From NCBI GenBank assembly GCA_964016885.1, contig OZ024749.1, positions 7,998,001 through 8,062,000 of the forward strand: DNA of 64,000 nt, written 5' to 3'. Under the pieces are notes generated by a model. The model made no database searches. It had not been told where the DNA came from and saw nothing but the letters and a program-made list of their open reading frames with translations. Positions within the stretch are counted from its first letter, which is position 1, and every line of letters starts with the position of its first letter. The position numbers were made by a program, and so were the translations under genes. Shown one piece after another: positions 1 to 14,491 of this stretch. This DNA comes from Eledone cirrhosa. Lineage: Eukaryota.

Positions 1-240
1 CAGGTACTACGACTACTGCCTCCGCCGCTGTTGCTGTGGTTGTTGTTGGTGTTGCTGCTGCTAATGCTGTTGTTGTTTATGCTGCTGGTGATGCTGTTGC
101 GGCTGCTACTGTTGTTTTCATTGTCACTGTTGCTGTTGTTATTACGGCTGCTACTGCTATTATTCCTGACGTCAGACGAATGAACTGGGTTTTCGTATTT
201 CCCGCACACCTGTTTCGTCGCTGTCGTCGTCGTCGTGGAG
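1..240. repeat. degenerate (GTT/GCT/GTC)n trinucleotide low-complexity tract
   Basis: Runs of gttgtt/gctgct/gtcgtc; accounts for the Val/Ala-rich ORF at 36..320. Confidence 0.8.
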
Positions 241-657
241 AAACCTTGCACGCTTTGCACGAGACTTTTCTTTTCTTTCGTCGCTTGCGAAAGAGAAGGG
301 AGGGAGAGAGACACATTTAAAGAAGGGAGGGAGAGAGACAATCTTCTCTCTGCTGTAGTGATGATTGAGGAAGAAGAAGACGGAATGAGTGGGAGTGACG
401 TATGAAATTTCTTTTTCGTAGCCATGTTTTTTTGTTTAAAATGAAATTTTGGGTACAAAACCCCAATAACTGGTTATTTAACCCCGAAGGGCCAAATAAC
501 GGACAGAAAGACCCCTCTCACGAGGAGGAGGGTGTCTTTATCAACAATTTGGTTCAAGTTTTAAACAATTTACAATTGTTTTAACGGTTAAAAATTACTA
601 TACCTTACAGAGCCGAGCCTCCGTCAACCATGGCATTCAATAATAATAATAATAATA

Positions 658-1680
658 ATGAGATCTGAAGGTGGAAGAGGTCTTATCAGCATAGAGGACT
701 GTGTTCAGATGGAGAAAAACAACCTACACAAATACGTGACTGATAGTAAGGAGCCAATGCTCAGAATTGCACTGAAGGAGAGGACAATAGACCAGGGGAT
801 GTCCAAGGAGGAAATAACAACAAGGAGAAAGAGCAGCCTTCATGAAAAATCCCTTCATAGTACCTTCTTTGAGAAAACTGAATTCAGAGATCCACAGACA
901 TGGAACTGGTTGAAAAGAGGAGACCTTAAAAATGCTACAGAAGGAATGTTAATGGCTGCGCAAGAGCAGGCCCTCAAAACGAAGTGGTTGAAACACCATA
1001 TTTACAAGGAGGAGGCTAGCCCACTGTGCATGATCTGTGGAGAGAGAGAGAGCAGACTGTGGCTCACATTGTATCCGAGTGTAAACACCTAGCCCAGACT
1101 CACTATAAGGTCTGGAGACATGATGTGATGGGCAAGGTGATCCACTGGCACCCATGCAAAGTAAACAATTTACCACATTCTGAGAAGTGATATGAGCATA
1201 AGCCAGAGTCGGTGATAGAAAACGATCAGGTGAAGGTGCTGTGGGATTTTAGGATACAGACGGACAAGAGACTGGAACACAATAGACCTGACCTGGTGGT
1301 TTTGGACAAGGACAAAAGATCGTGCCTGTTTGTGGATGTGGCCTGCCCATTCGACACGAGAGTGCAAGAGAAGGAGAGGGAGAAGATTAACCGATACCAG
1401 GACTGAAAGTGGGAGGTAAAAAGGATTTGGAACTGCTATGAAGTCAAAGTGTTCCCGATTGTCATAGGCGCACTAGATACTATCTCAAAACGTTTCCAGG
1501 GATGGTTAAAGAAAATTGGGCCCGCCACGCTTTTTGGAACGCTTCAAAAAGCATGCTTGCTGGGAACAGCAAGAACCCTCCGATACGTCTTGAATATCTG
1601 AGGCTGCAGGTGGGGACTTGATATTCATTTAAACAAACTTTCCAGTTATATAACATCAATGACTGAGACTCAAAGAACAA
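658..1680 (+). mobile_element. 5'-truncated, frameshifted R4/Dong-like non-LTR retrotransposon (restriction-like endonuclease class)
   Basis: Translations EGGRGL..., WLKRGDLK.ATEG.LMAAQEQAL.T, zinc-knuckle C..CG, and LWDF.IQTD...HNRPDLVV.DK....VDVACPFD (PD-D/ExK RLE motif); (TAA)n on both sides (638-658, 1678-1698). Confidence 0.85.
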
Positions 1681-1974
1681 TAATAATAATAATAATAATG
1701 CTTTCTTTATTGGCCAGAAGGGCTGACATCAAAAACTCGCGTTAGTCCCCTGTAATATTATGAGTTCAAAGAATAAATTACCTGGTTCTCAATAATAACA
1801 GTATATAGAGAAGAAACCACAAAAAGGGGTTATGCATTCATTTACAAGGGGTAGAGAACCACTATGGTGAAGGATATAAGGTTTACGAGGAGAAAACACA
1901 TAATAATTAAGAGGTAAAATTAAAATGTAAAACATCCACCTTTATAACTCTACACACCTGGACATTACCAAAGA

Positions 1975-2030
1975 TGAGAATGTTTCGCCATAGTCCTGGT
2001 ACCATACCTTCTTAGGGCTTATCAACAGGT
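1975..2030 (-). ncRNA. degenerate hammerhead-like motif with UUGAUAA core
   Basis: Minus strand TTGATAA-GCC...GGC-GAAA-CATT; stem I and cleavage triplet poorly preserved. Confidence 0.35.
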
Positions 2031-2117
2031 GGAAAAAGGTATAGCCAACTCATCTAAAGGTATTTCAGACAATTGGCAGGGATATATAGGGAATATATAT
2101 ATCTCTCTCTATATATA

Positions 2118-2206
<89 letters not shown>

Positions 2207-2233
2207 TATGTATGTATGTGTGTGTGTGTGTGC

Positions 2234-2278
<45 letters not shown>

Positions 2279-2574
2279 CATACATAAGAGAGTGTTAAAG
2301 TTTGTCTGAAGCATTGTGGAATAATAAAATTGATCATTTTTGAAGCCTCAACAATGCAGATGGGTAAATCTCCGGGTAACAGAATCAGGTGGTAATGAGA
2401 GACATATACATATATATATATATATGTATATATATATATGTATGTATATATAATATAGATCAGTTTTATATAAAACTGATCTATATATTTGGTATCCTTG
2501 AAATATGTATAATGAAATAAATATGGTTTTATAAATATAGTTTCCATTTGTTAATATATCGTATATATATATAT

Positions 2575-2770
2575 AACGAAGAAAATGTGGTAAGGAACCA
2601 GGTAGACCATAACGCACCAAAGTGCTCAATACTTAGGGTGGTAGAGTGGGTAATAGGAACCAGTAAGACCCCGACGGCTGAGCTCAATCCGTTTCGACGG
2701 CTAGTTCGACGGCGAATTAGCCGTCGAAACGGCTTGAGCTCAGCCGTCGGGGTCCTACTCGTTCCTATAT
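2575..2770. mobile_element. fold-back non-autonomous element in (TA)n (hairpin family A)
   Basis: Near-perfect palindrome 2652-2768 (ataggaac...gacggctagttcg/cgaattagccgtc...gttcctat) plus a one-sided extension; homologues at 24415, 57375, 57588, 59100. Confidence 0.75.
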
Positions 2771-3264
2771 ATATATATATATATATATATCTATATATAT
2801 ATATATATGATGGCTGCCCCCTCGTTATCGAGTATGGTCATTGTACGATATACCATTATTAATAATTATTAATTAATTCTATCGTGCAAAGCCTGTGCGT
2901 GAAGATATTTTTTAAAGTGAGGAAAGACAATGCACTGAGCCAATCCCACTCTCTGAGCGACATTAGCTATAACTCGAAAAGAAGAAAAGATCAACATCAT
3001 CTGTAACTACTGAGCCGCAGGTTTTATGTGGGAGTTATCCCAGTTTCCTGAGTATATTGTGATATAAAATTTTAAAAAAACATCTTCAAGAACTTATGGA
3101 ATTCCTTATGGAACTGATCATATGTATTTATGTAACAATTTCTAAATAAAATGTTAAGGACACATAATATGTTAAGGTGACATATTATGTGTCCTGAACA
3201 CCCCTACCAGTTAATCAAGATTTCAGATCCCATGGATAAAGTACTTCGTTTTCTTCTTCACCCA

Positions 3265-3770
3265 CTTATTCATGAGAGGGTCGTGGGGACAGTGACCTCC
3301 AAGACTCCTTCCAGGGGGTCCTGTCAGAAGCAACCGTCTCGACCTGATCCGGCTGGATCCCTAAATGTGACCAGCCAAGCTCATGGGTATTATTCAAACA
3401 TCTTGATCGGGGTGTAACCCTGAGTCTCCTACCAGTTGGGTTTTCCCGTAAAATCTGTCCAGCAATTCTTACCTGAGACATTCTAACCACATGTCCATAG
3501 TATCCGAGCTGTGGTATCTGAATTAGGAGTAGTAGCAGCTCTACCTGGAGTGACACTTTGATATCGGAGTTACGCACTACCTCGAGTAACGATGCCCCAA
3601 AGATCCTTCGTAGGAACCCCATTTGGGTTGGTTGTATTCGTGATGGTATTCTTTCTGTCATTACCCAAGATTCATGACCAGGTAAAGGTTGGCACGAAAA
3701 CCAAATTGAAGATAGCAAGTTCGGCTTTTACACCAAACCCCCTTCCCCTTCTTCTGATTACTGGACGCTG
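3265..3770 (-). mobile_element. RTE-clade LINE 3' fragment (degenerate RT C-terminus)
   Basis: Translation ...FVPTFTW/GHESWVMTERI.SRIQ..QMGFLRRIFG...RNSDI...QLGYYGHVVRM...GRR....R.R matches typical RTE C-terminal motifs. Confidence 0.8.
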
Positions 3771-4186
3771 ACGCAGGCGCATTACTGCACCAGCTCCTGC
3801 AATTATATCCTTCTCAAAACAGTTAAAGATATTTCCGACAGCATGGTAGATTTTATTTCCATTTCTCACATTGAGTTGAAACAGAGGTGCTTATATATTT
3901 GTTTATATATTTCCTAAGTATTTTCAGTTTAACTAACTTCAACAAAGTTCCGGCATTTCTGTCAGGTGCTGGTCATAATTCCTACATAACTAACCAGATG
4001 TATTATTTAATGGATCTAACTCGACCACTTTATCATCTCTACCGCTTATATGTAGGTATATATCGTCACCTCCTCCACCGAACACATGGGCAAGAAAATT
4101 TAAAAATCATACTTTGGAAGAAAAAACTTTGAAATTAGCTTTAATAAATATGTATACATACTTAAACATGTGCTTACATAAAAGAT

Positions 4187-4310
<124 letters not shown>

Positions 4311-4711
4311 AAATTGAAGGATAAGTGTTTCAAACTTTGTTTTATCATGAGTTAAAGGTCTATAGATTTTTCCATGGATTTTACTAAATTCTGTGGATGA
4401 ATTTGTATCCTGATTCTCTTTTGAGATGAGTTTGAGTTATTTTTCCTAAATCTTTCGTTAACTACTTTTCCCATCTTGACGTTATAGTCGCATATATGTT
4501 ATAGAATGCCGTTAGCTTCTTGCTAAAACAATCTCTATACGTCTCATTTATATATATATATATATGTATAAAATATGTAGTTTAGAAAGCCACAACAATG
4601 CAGATGGGAAATCTCGAGGTAGGAAGTGAGTGAGAAATAGGAGAAAGTGAAAATTGAGAGAAACGAAAAAACGAAAACAAAACAAAGGTAGAAGGGTTAT
4701 TGTAGTGGAGA

Positions 4712-4829
<118 letters not shown>

Positions 4830-4834
4830 ATATA

Positions 4835-6196
4835 AAATTCATTTTTTAATTTGTTTTGCGAGATTTCTTATCTGAAAACGTGGGGAAACAGATATTGTAT
4901 TACTCTGGGAGGGACATGTTGCCAATAAAACCACACGCACCTGTTGCTTTTCATTTCAATTTATTATATATTTCCGGTTGGTTCGCTGGTTCGATAACCT
5001 AAAAGGTGTTTATATATTGTCAAAGCTTTTTCGTCACACATTCTGTGACCTCCTTAGTGACTAGGTTTTTATTTCGTGTGTCTCGCCTTTGTTGTCCTAC
5101 ACCATTTTGTTTTTTGTGTATTGTGTGCTTTGTTTGCGCATGCGTTACATCCGGGTGTGCGTGTATTTTTATTTATTTATATGCTTATTTACTTGTCACT
5201 AGTTGGTTGTTTGTTCTATCTGTGTGTCTGATTTGTTTTCTTAGTTTGGTGTTTGTGTGTGTCTGTCTTCTTTTGTCCTTAATTACTAGTTGTGATGTTT
5301 CTATTCCATTCATGTTTTCTGTTTAATTTTGGTTGGCGTTCGTTTATATTTGTTGCCTCTGTGATTTGCCTGAGCATTGCATCTTTTTCTGTGTGTGGAT
5401 ATAATTTTTATCTCTATGTTCTCTAATGTGCCCCAATGTTCTATTTTGGCATGTTGGCTGAGTACTGATGAGTTTTTCCCATCCTGGAGTTCTTACCAGT
5501 GTTCACTTACCCCTTATCCTCTGCTACGGGCTGTTTCACCCATGTATGTTATATTCTTATTCCTACACTGTCCCTCAGTACATCTTATGCTATATAATAC
5601 GTTCTTTGTTTTGCAGTAAATTTGCGGACTTAGCTTGTAGACTATGCATTTCCTATCAGTACAGGGGGATCTTTTAAATGGGTATATTTTGTTAATTAGG
5701 GTTTTTATGGGAATACCTGGTCTTTCAACTATCTTAATATTTAATTTGAGTTTATCTAGGACCCTCCTAAATCTATAAGCTAGTTCGCCTCTAGGAATTG
5801 TATTGATGAACATTACCATCTGGTATTTATTGCTATCATACCATGAGTTTATTTTATTTGCCTTATTCCTAAACCTTTCTATTATGTTCCAAAATGTGCT
5901 CCTATGCATAGAGCATGTCCCATTTGGTTCTAGCTCCTTTATATACCCTGATCTTGTCTCTCTGATTGTAGCTAAAAAGAAATGCTTGTGGTGCATGAAG
6001 TGTTGTGTCTCTTTAATTCTTTAGGGTTGCACATGCAGGCCACGTTCTTCATCACTCTTACTAAGTCCGCAGTTAGTATGTTGAGTTTTATGTGGTCCGG
6101 AACAGATGAGTTTCGGTGATCAGGTATTTGGAGGTTAGGCGTAAGGCATAAATAAATAAACGTACACACACCAGGCCGTAATGCATCCCAAAGTAT

Positions 6197-6205
<9 letters not shown>
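4835..6205 (-). mobile_element. degenerate Penelope-like element (RT C-terminus/GIY-YIG fragment plus pseudo-LTR)
   Basis: ORF 5514..5996 CKTKNVLYSIRC...YMGETARS is homologous to 10787..11938; pLTR 4835-5290 matches 10311-10780; the hammerhead core is decayed (CTAAGGA). Confidence 0.85.
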
Positions 6206-6232
<27 letters not shown>

Positions 6233-7389
6233 TTCTTTCTAACTATTCGCTGCACATTCAATATTTAATGTGATTGTCGCATATAATACAGTTGCGGGTG
6301 TGTATGTGATTGTTGTGTTACATACGTACCCACATGTATCACGCCTGCGCGAAACATGGACATGGGTGTGTGCGCCTGGAGGCCAGGAAGGCATAATATA
6401 TATTACATCATTCATGTAATATATATTATATTATATAACGTTTTTTATCATATACTATATCATTCATATGTCATATCAGTTTCTTTAATGTTGTGTGAAA
6501 AGCAGCTGAGATCACAATTTTACTTTACATCACGTTTATGTAATAAATACGTAAAATCCCGACCACGGTGCCAAGCGGTCTCAGTTTCTATACGTTCTGA
6601 TATACTAAACATGATTTGTACCTCGTATTTAATCACAATATTATCGATATATGATGCGGGATCCTCCGTCGGTTTCTACGAAGATCATTCGATTGTTCAA
6701 TCATCTAAAGTTTTGTATTTTGTATTCTGACTTCACAGTTTGAATTGTACAATTGTCTATCCACTCAAAATATTACAACAGCTAACAGTGAAATATAGAA
6801 TTTAAAATAAAAAGCTTTTTCGACTGAGATAAAATCTTTGAGAACATTCACGTCTTTTTTTTTTAAATATATAATTTGAAATAGCTTGCTTTTGTTTTGG
6901 ACTGAAACTTTTTTGTCTTTAATTCATACGAGTATTTTTTTAAGATCTTTTTAAAGATTCTAACATGACTTGATTTGGCCCAGTAATCTACTGATATTAA
7001 AATCAGTAGTATATTGAAAAATGGTAAAATAGGGTAGGGGGCGTTTTGTAGTTTTGTGGGGGAAAGGGGGACGTTTGGCCGAAATGGGTTGAGAACTTTT
7101 GATCTAAACGTCAGATCAAACAAGTTAATTAATCTGTAGACGGCTGAGTATTACACAGTGCCGTGTATATATCTTTAATGTAATTTATAATGCCAGGTTT
7201 TTGAATTACAGATACACTACAACCACAGGCTTCCACACAGTTTCCATCCCCCGGATATTAATCACGTCATGAGTGTATCCGGGTTTATGAAAAAAAATAA
7301 TTGCCCAAGATTAGATGCACTGGGATAGACGCGTCAATTTAGGATCGTGTAACAAATATTTTTTATTGATTACATTGATTTTGTAATCA

Positions 7390-7596
7390 CCATAACCGCA
7401 ACCATCAGCCCCTCAACCACCACCTTGATCTTCATCTTCAATAGCATCATCATAATCACCATAACCACCACCATGACCAACTCTACCACCACCTCCAACT
7501 CCACCACCACCATTACCACGACGACCACCACCGCCACCAACAACCAATAACAACACCACCACCACCATCACTGCCATCAGCCGCTCCACCACCACC
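7390..7596. repeat. (CAC/CAT)n low-complexity tract
   Basis: accaccacc runs. Confidence 0.8.
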
Positions 7597-8170
7597 TATA
7601 TTTCCACATAACGGTACAACCAGCTCCCTGTACCTTACTACTAATATAGAGTTTACTATCTCTATATTTCCACATAATGGTACAACCAGCTCCCTGTACC
7701 TTACTACCAATATATAGTTTACTATCACTATACTTCCATATAACGGTACAACCAGCTCCCTCTACCTTACTACTACTATATAGTTTACTAAATATATATT
7801 TCCACATAACGGTACAACCAGCTCCCTGTACCTTACTACCAATATAGAGTTTACTATCTCTATATCTCCACATAACGGTACAACCAGCTCCCTGTACCTT
7901 ACTACCAATATAGAGTTTACCATCTCTATATTTCCACATGACGGTACAACCAGCTCCCTGTATATACTACTACTATAGAGTTTACCATCTCTATATTTCC
8001 ACATAACGGTACAACCAGCTCCCTGTACCTTACTACCAATATAGAGTTTACTATCTCTATATCTCCACATGACGGTACAACCAGCTCCCTGTACCTTACT
8101 ACGAATATATAGTTTACCATCACTATATTTCCACATAACGGTACAACCAGCCCCTTGTACCTTACTACCA
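7597..8170. repeat. 66-bp minisatellite, about 8.5 copies
   Basis: Unit tatttccacataacggtacaaccagctccctgtaccttactaccaatatagagtttactatctcta recurs at 7601, 7667, ... Confidence 0.95.
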
Positions 8171-8642
8171 AACTATATAGTTTAACTAAACTATATAGTT
8201 TAACTAAATCTATGACCTGTTGTGTCATAACTAGATATTTTCACATAACGATAGAGCCACTTCCTCCTACGTTAATCTCCATATGGAGTTTAGCTAAACC
8301 CGTGACCTCTAGGGTCTGTGTCATACTCACATAATACGAAATCTGGATACAGCTACCTCCCTCTACTTTAATAGAGATAAATAGAGGTTTTCAGATTTTA
8401 ATGTAAGGAAAACAACCAACAAAAGTAAAATAAGTTAAAGGGAAAACATGGATAAGCGTTGGTATTTGTGGATAAGTATGTATGCGTTAGTATCTGTGTG
8501 TGTGAACATGTGAGTGTGTCGGGGGATTATATGTGCGTGTGGGGAGGATGTGTGTGTGTGTATAAATATTCTATAGAATATGGCAAGGAAAAAATAATAA
8601 ATTCCTAGCATGCAAAATACTTCACGAGAAAAGAGATCTAAA

Positions 8643-8681
<39 letters not shown>

Positions 8682-8682
8682 A

Positions 8683-8727
<45 letters not shown>

Positions 8728-8743
8728 AATATATATATGTATA

Positions 8744-8853
<110 letters not shown>

Positions 8854-8877
8854 CATATATATATATGTATATATATG

Positions 8878-8986
<109 letters not shown>

Positions 8987-9392
8987 GCACAAATATATAA
9001 TAGGAAAACTCCGCTTCAATCGCTGTATAGTACATTAAATCTATCTCTTCCCACCATAAGAAGCATGTAATCTCGTTATAACGAACATATAAAACGCAAT
9101 TTTCCTTACAAGGATATTTTTTTGAAGAAGCCACGTCTGCCTCAAACATTTCAGTAGGTTGTGAAAGGAAGATCACTTATATACGGTTATCCAAGAGAGT
9201 GGAAATAATGCGAGGTACGTTGAGAGATTAATAGGTAGCTGTGTTAGGCAGAATATAATAGGGGAAACTTTTACTATTCTTTCGATGTAAGAGATAAGAA
9301 TAAAAAAACACGTGAAAATGAAGAACGTACTTTAGAGAAAATTATATTAATGTTATATTATTTTATATTATATTATATTTTATATATATATA

Positions 9393-9473
<81 letters not shown>

Positions 9474-10080
9474 GCATATATATATATACACATATATATA
9501 CATATATGTATATATACACACATATATATAAACATATACATATACTTATATATACATGTACATATGTATACATATGTATATGTATACATATGTATAGATA
9601 TACATATACATAGGTATACATATACATATGTATACATATATACATATACATATACTTATATATACATATACATAAGTATACATATACATATACATATGTA
9701 TACATATACATATGTATACATATATACATATACATATACTTATATATACATATACATATGTATACATATACATATACATATGTATACATATACATATAGA
9801 TAAGTATACATATACATATACTTATATATAAATATACATATGTATACATATACATATGTATACATATATACATATACATATATACACATACACATATATG
9901 TATATATACATATATGTATATATACATATATATATATACATATATATATATACACACATATATGTATATATACATATATGTATATATACATATATGTATA
10001 TATACATATATATCTATATATACATATATATATATAAAATATATATATATACATATATATACATATACATATATATATAC

Positions 10081-10117
<37 letters not shown>

Positions 10118-10124
10118 TATATAC

Positions 10125-10155
<31 letters not shown>

Positions 10156-10195
10156 CATATATATACATATATATATATATATACATATATATACA

Positions 10196-10305
<110 letters not shown>

Positions 10306-10473
10306 CATATATTATTATACTTTGGGAGGGTCATGTTGCCAATAAGAAACACACGCACCAGTGCTTTCACTTCAATTTATTATATATTTATAAATTTATA
10401 AATTTACAAATCTACAAACTTATAAATTTCTGGTTGGTTGGTTGGTTCCACAACCAGATAGTTGTTTATATAT

Positions 10474-10518
10474 AGTTATAGTCCTTTCGTCACACACTCT
10501 GTGACCTCTTCAGTGACT
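10474..10518 (-). ncRNA. minimal type-I hammerhead ribozyme in Penelope pLTR
   Basis: AGTCA CTGAAGA GGTCACA..TGTGAC GAAA GGAC TA TAACT. Confidence 0.75.
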
Positions 10519-10786
10519 GGGGATTACTTTCTTTGTTTCTGCGCCTTTCCTTTCTTCTATCCAACGCCATTTTGTTTCTGTGTGTGTGTTGTGTGCTCAG
10601 TTTGCGCATGCGCCACATCCGGGTGTCTGTGTGTGTTTGTGTTCATTTATCTATTTGTTTATTTATTTATTTATTTATTGTTGGTTGGTTGTTTGTTCTA
10701 CGTGTGTGTGTGTTTTCATTTTGTCCTTAATTGTAAGTTGTGATGTTGCTGTTCCACTCATATTTTCTATTTAATTTTGTTTGTAA

Positions 10787-11965
10787 TTATTTTATGCTTA
10801 CTGCCTCTGTAATTTGCCTAAACATTGCATCTTTTCTGTGTGTGGATTCTATTTTTATTTCTATGTTCTCTAATCTACCCCTGTGCTCTATCTTAGCATG
10901 TTGGTAGAGCACAGATGATTCTTTATTATCTTGAAGGTCTCGCCAGTGTTCATTTATTCGTTCCCCTATACTACGAGCTGTCTCACCTATGTACACTATA
11001 TTTTTGTTTCTACATTGTCCTTCAGTACATCTTATGCTATACACTACATTTCTAGTTTTACAGTTAATATGGGGGCTTATTTTACAGGTTATACATTTCT
11101 TATCTATACATGAGGGTCTTTGGAACGGGTATGTCTTGCTAATAAGTGTTTTTACGGAGGTACCTGGTCTTTCTACTATCTTAATATTGAGTTTATGTTT
11201 ATTTAGGGCCCTTCTAAATTTGTAGGCTAGTTCGCCTCTAGGGGTTGTATTGATGAACATTACACTCTGGTATTTATTGCTATCATACCATGAGTTTATT
11301 CTATTTGCCTTGTTCCTAGTTCTTTCTATTCTATTCCAAAATTTGCTCCTATACAAGGGGCAGGTCCCATTTATGACATTATTTACCATTTTTTCCCATT
11401 TGGTTCTGGCTCCTCTATACACCCTGATTCTATCTCTCTGATTGTAGCCAGAGAACTGCATACGGTGGATGAAGTGTTGTATGTGTCTCTCTAGTTCTTC
11501 GGGGTTGCACATGCGGGACACATTTCTCATCACCCGTACCAAATCCGCAATCAGTATGTTGATTTTGGTATGGTCCGAAATGGCCGAGTTTCGGTGGATC
11601 AGATGTTTGGAAATCATGGGTTTGGCATAATGGGAATGGAGGATTTGTTTTTGGTTGTTAATGGTATCTAACCAGAGCTCTGTGTCTAGTACAGGTAATC
11701 GATGGTTGGGGTGTCTACTTGGGTAGTCTATAGTAACTCTAATGCTCTGGTGGATGGAGTTTGCTATTTGCTGGATGCTTTCCATTGTGTTTTTCTCTAG
11801 TTCCTGACTGTTCTTTAGTGGGGGTGTCTTAACTACGATGTTTATATCATCTACGTAGCGGGAGTACATTATCAGGGTTAAGCTGTCTTCTAATTGTTCT
11901 TTAAGTTTTTGTTTAAGTCTACTGTCCCACCATACCATGAATAAGTTAGCTATGTCGCCTGCAAT
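10787..11965 (-). pseudogene. Penelope-like reverse transcriptase C-terminal half plus GIY-YIG endonuclease (5'-truncated, premature stop near the C-terminus)
   Basis: Motifs IAGDIANLFM, YSRYVDDI, LPVLDTEL, Y.KP, C..C, CKTRNVVYSIRC..C...YIGETARSIGERINEH; the sister copy at 14867-14980 continues EAININELQPKLNRKHEW. Confidence 0.92.
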
Positions 11966-12428
11966 GCTAACAGCAATGGCTGCTTCTTATAAATTGAAGT
12001 GAAAGCAACTGGTGCGTGTGTTTCTTATTGGCAACTTGACCCTCCCAAAGTATAACAATATCGGTTTCAACACACGATTTCAGATAAAGAATCTTGCTAA
12101 ACAAATTCAGAAACGATATATATATACGATATATATATATATATATAAACACGTGTGTGTTTGTTTTTGCATCGTTTCTGGTGGTTACATTGAATGTTTT
12201 GCATCACTAAACATGGATATGAAAGCGCTAAGAAAGTTATAAAATTCATAGTGATAGCGTCCCTAAGGAATATTTTGTGCAAGTACACAATATGGTAGAA
12301 GCCATCAACAACTGCAAGACGAAAATCAGCAACACAAACAATACCAACACACCAGTAACATCAAAACTATCAACATTAACACCCCCACCTACATCGACTT
12401 CACCAGCAACACAACCAACTGAAATAAT

Positions 12429-12616
12429 TGTTTCTACTTTAGGCACAAGGCCAGCAATCAACCAGTACATTACTGGTACTTATTTTATCGACCCCGTAAG
12501 GATGAAAGGCAAAGTTAACCTCGGCGGGATTTGAACTCAGATCATAAAGGGACGTAACTCTATGCTTCAAAGCATGGTGTCCGACTCTCTACCGATACTG
12601 CAATTCCACCGCCCTT
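12429..12616 (-). mobile_element. tRNA-derived SINE, family 1, with 16-bp TSD
   Basis: Minus-strand B box GAGTTCAAATCC and body cttacggggtcgataaaataagtaccag; TSD aaccaactgaaataat at 12413-12428 and 12617-12632. Confidence 0.9.
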
Positions 12617-12659
12617 AACCAACTGAAATAATATCAACAGTAATAACACAAACTTTTAT

Positions 12660-13795
12660 ATCAGAAACACCAACAACAACAACACCAACACCAACACAAA
12701 CATCAACGCCAACTGTACCAACACCAACAACAGCACCACCCCCACCACCACCAATACCATCACCACCACCACCACCACCACCACTAACACCACAGCAACC
12801 ACCAGCACCAAGACCACCACTACCAACACCAGCAACAACACCACCACCACCAACACCACCACGACTACTACCAACACCACCAAAACCACCACCACCACCA
12901 ACACCAACACCACCACTCCTACCACCAACACGACAAGCAACACAAACACCACCAACACCACCACCAACACAACCACCAACATCAACACCACCACCACCAT
13001 CAACACCAACTCCACAACCCCAACACCAGCACCACCACCACCACCACGAAGACCACCACCAACACCAACACAACCACCAGCACCAACACCACCACCACCA
13101 ACACCACCACCAACATCACCACCAACACCACCACCATCAACCCCAACACACAACAACCACCAACACCACCCACACCAACACCAACACCACCACCAACACC
13201 ACCGCCGCTACCTACACCAACGCCAACACTACCACCAACACCAGCACCAACACCACTACCACCACACAACCACCACCAACACCACCCACAACACAACCTA
13301 CACCAACACCAACGCCAACCACCAACACCAACACCAACACCAACACACCACGACCACCACGACCACCACCATCACCACCAACACCACCACCACCACCAAC
13401 ACCACCAACACAACCACCACCACCACCAACACCACCGACACGACAAATAACACAAACACCACCAACACCACCACCAACATCAACACCACCACCAACACAC
13501 CACCAACACCAACACCACCACCACCAACACCAAGATCAACAGCTCCACCACCATCACCACCAACACCACCACCACCACCACCACCAGCACCACCACCACC
13601 AACACCTCCACCAACACAACCAACACGACAAACAACACAAACAACACAAACACCACCACCACTACCAACACCAACACCACCAAGATCAACACCACCACCA
13701 CCATCACCACCAACACCACCACCACCACCAACACCAACACCACCAATAACACCGCCACCACAAGCTGCACTACAAACACCAAAAACACCAAACTC
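12660..13795. repeat. (CAC/CAA)n degenerate trinucleotide array
   Basis: Continuous accacc/aacacc runs with internal block duplications. Confidence 0.9.
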
Positions 13796-14396
13796 GATAA
13801 TAGATTTAGGTGCATGATTTCCATAAATAAATTAAAAACTCCTATATCAACAACAATGCTTACATTTGAGACACAATCCTGAAATTTTGGAAAAAGGGAA
13901 AGTTAATCATATCGACACCTCTAGTTGATTAGTACATTATTTTATTATCCCCAAAAGACAAAATTGAACTCGGTATTACCTGAAATCAACGCAAGTCAGA
14001 CAGAAATAATATTAGAAATCATTTCATCCAACGCTATAACTCTGCCAATGTATCGCCCTGGCAATAACAACGACATTAACAATAAATAGGTCAGTGATTT
14101 TTTTTTTTTTCATTCGAAATAATTGTAATGGGTGATATGTACTTAAGTTGAAAGAGTGTATTATATATGATAAGGAGGTTTTATTAAAGGAGGTTTTACT
14201 AAATAACTGGTAGATAATCTGAGACGACTGCACGTCTCAGAGTTGCACATTAATCGTAATATTCAATCTCACGGTCTCTATGCAAACTGTTTTACACACA
14301 CCATAGGCACACACTTATATTCATATTCATATATATATATATATAACATATATACATATATATATATATATATAATTGAATATATGTATATAAACA

Positions 14397-14484
<88 letters not shown>

Positions 14485-14491
<7 letters not shown>

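Larger units (their letters stand above)
10311..12117 (-). mobile_element. 5'-truncated Penelope-like element with inverted pseudo-LTR, inserted in (TA)n
   Basis: RT + GIY-YIG ORF on minus; pLTR end at 10311-10385 is repeated in inverted orientation at 11989-12060 with an extra ~55-nt extension to 12117; (TA)n on both sides. Confidence 0.92.

Noticed and set aside
12615-13824. Gly/Val-rich or Pro/Thr-rich mucin/extensin-like ORFs
   Set aside because: Degenerate (CAC)n tract; frames shift, there are no splice or domain cues, and it abuts a SINE
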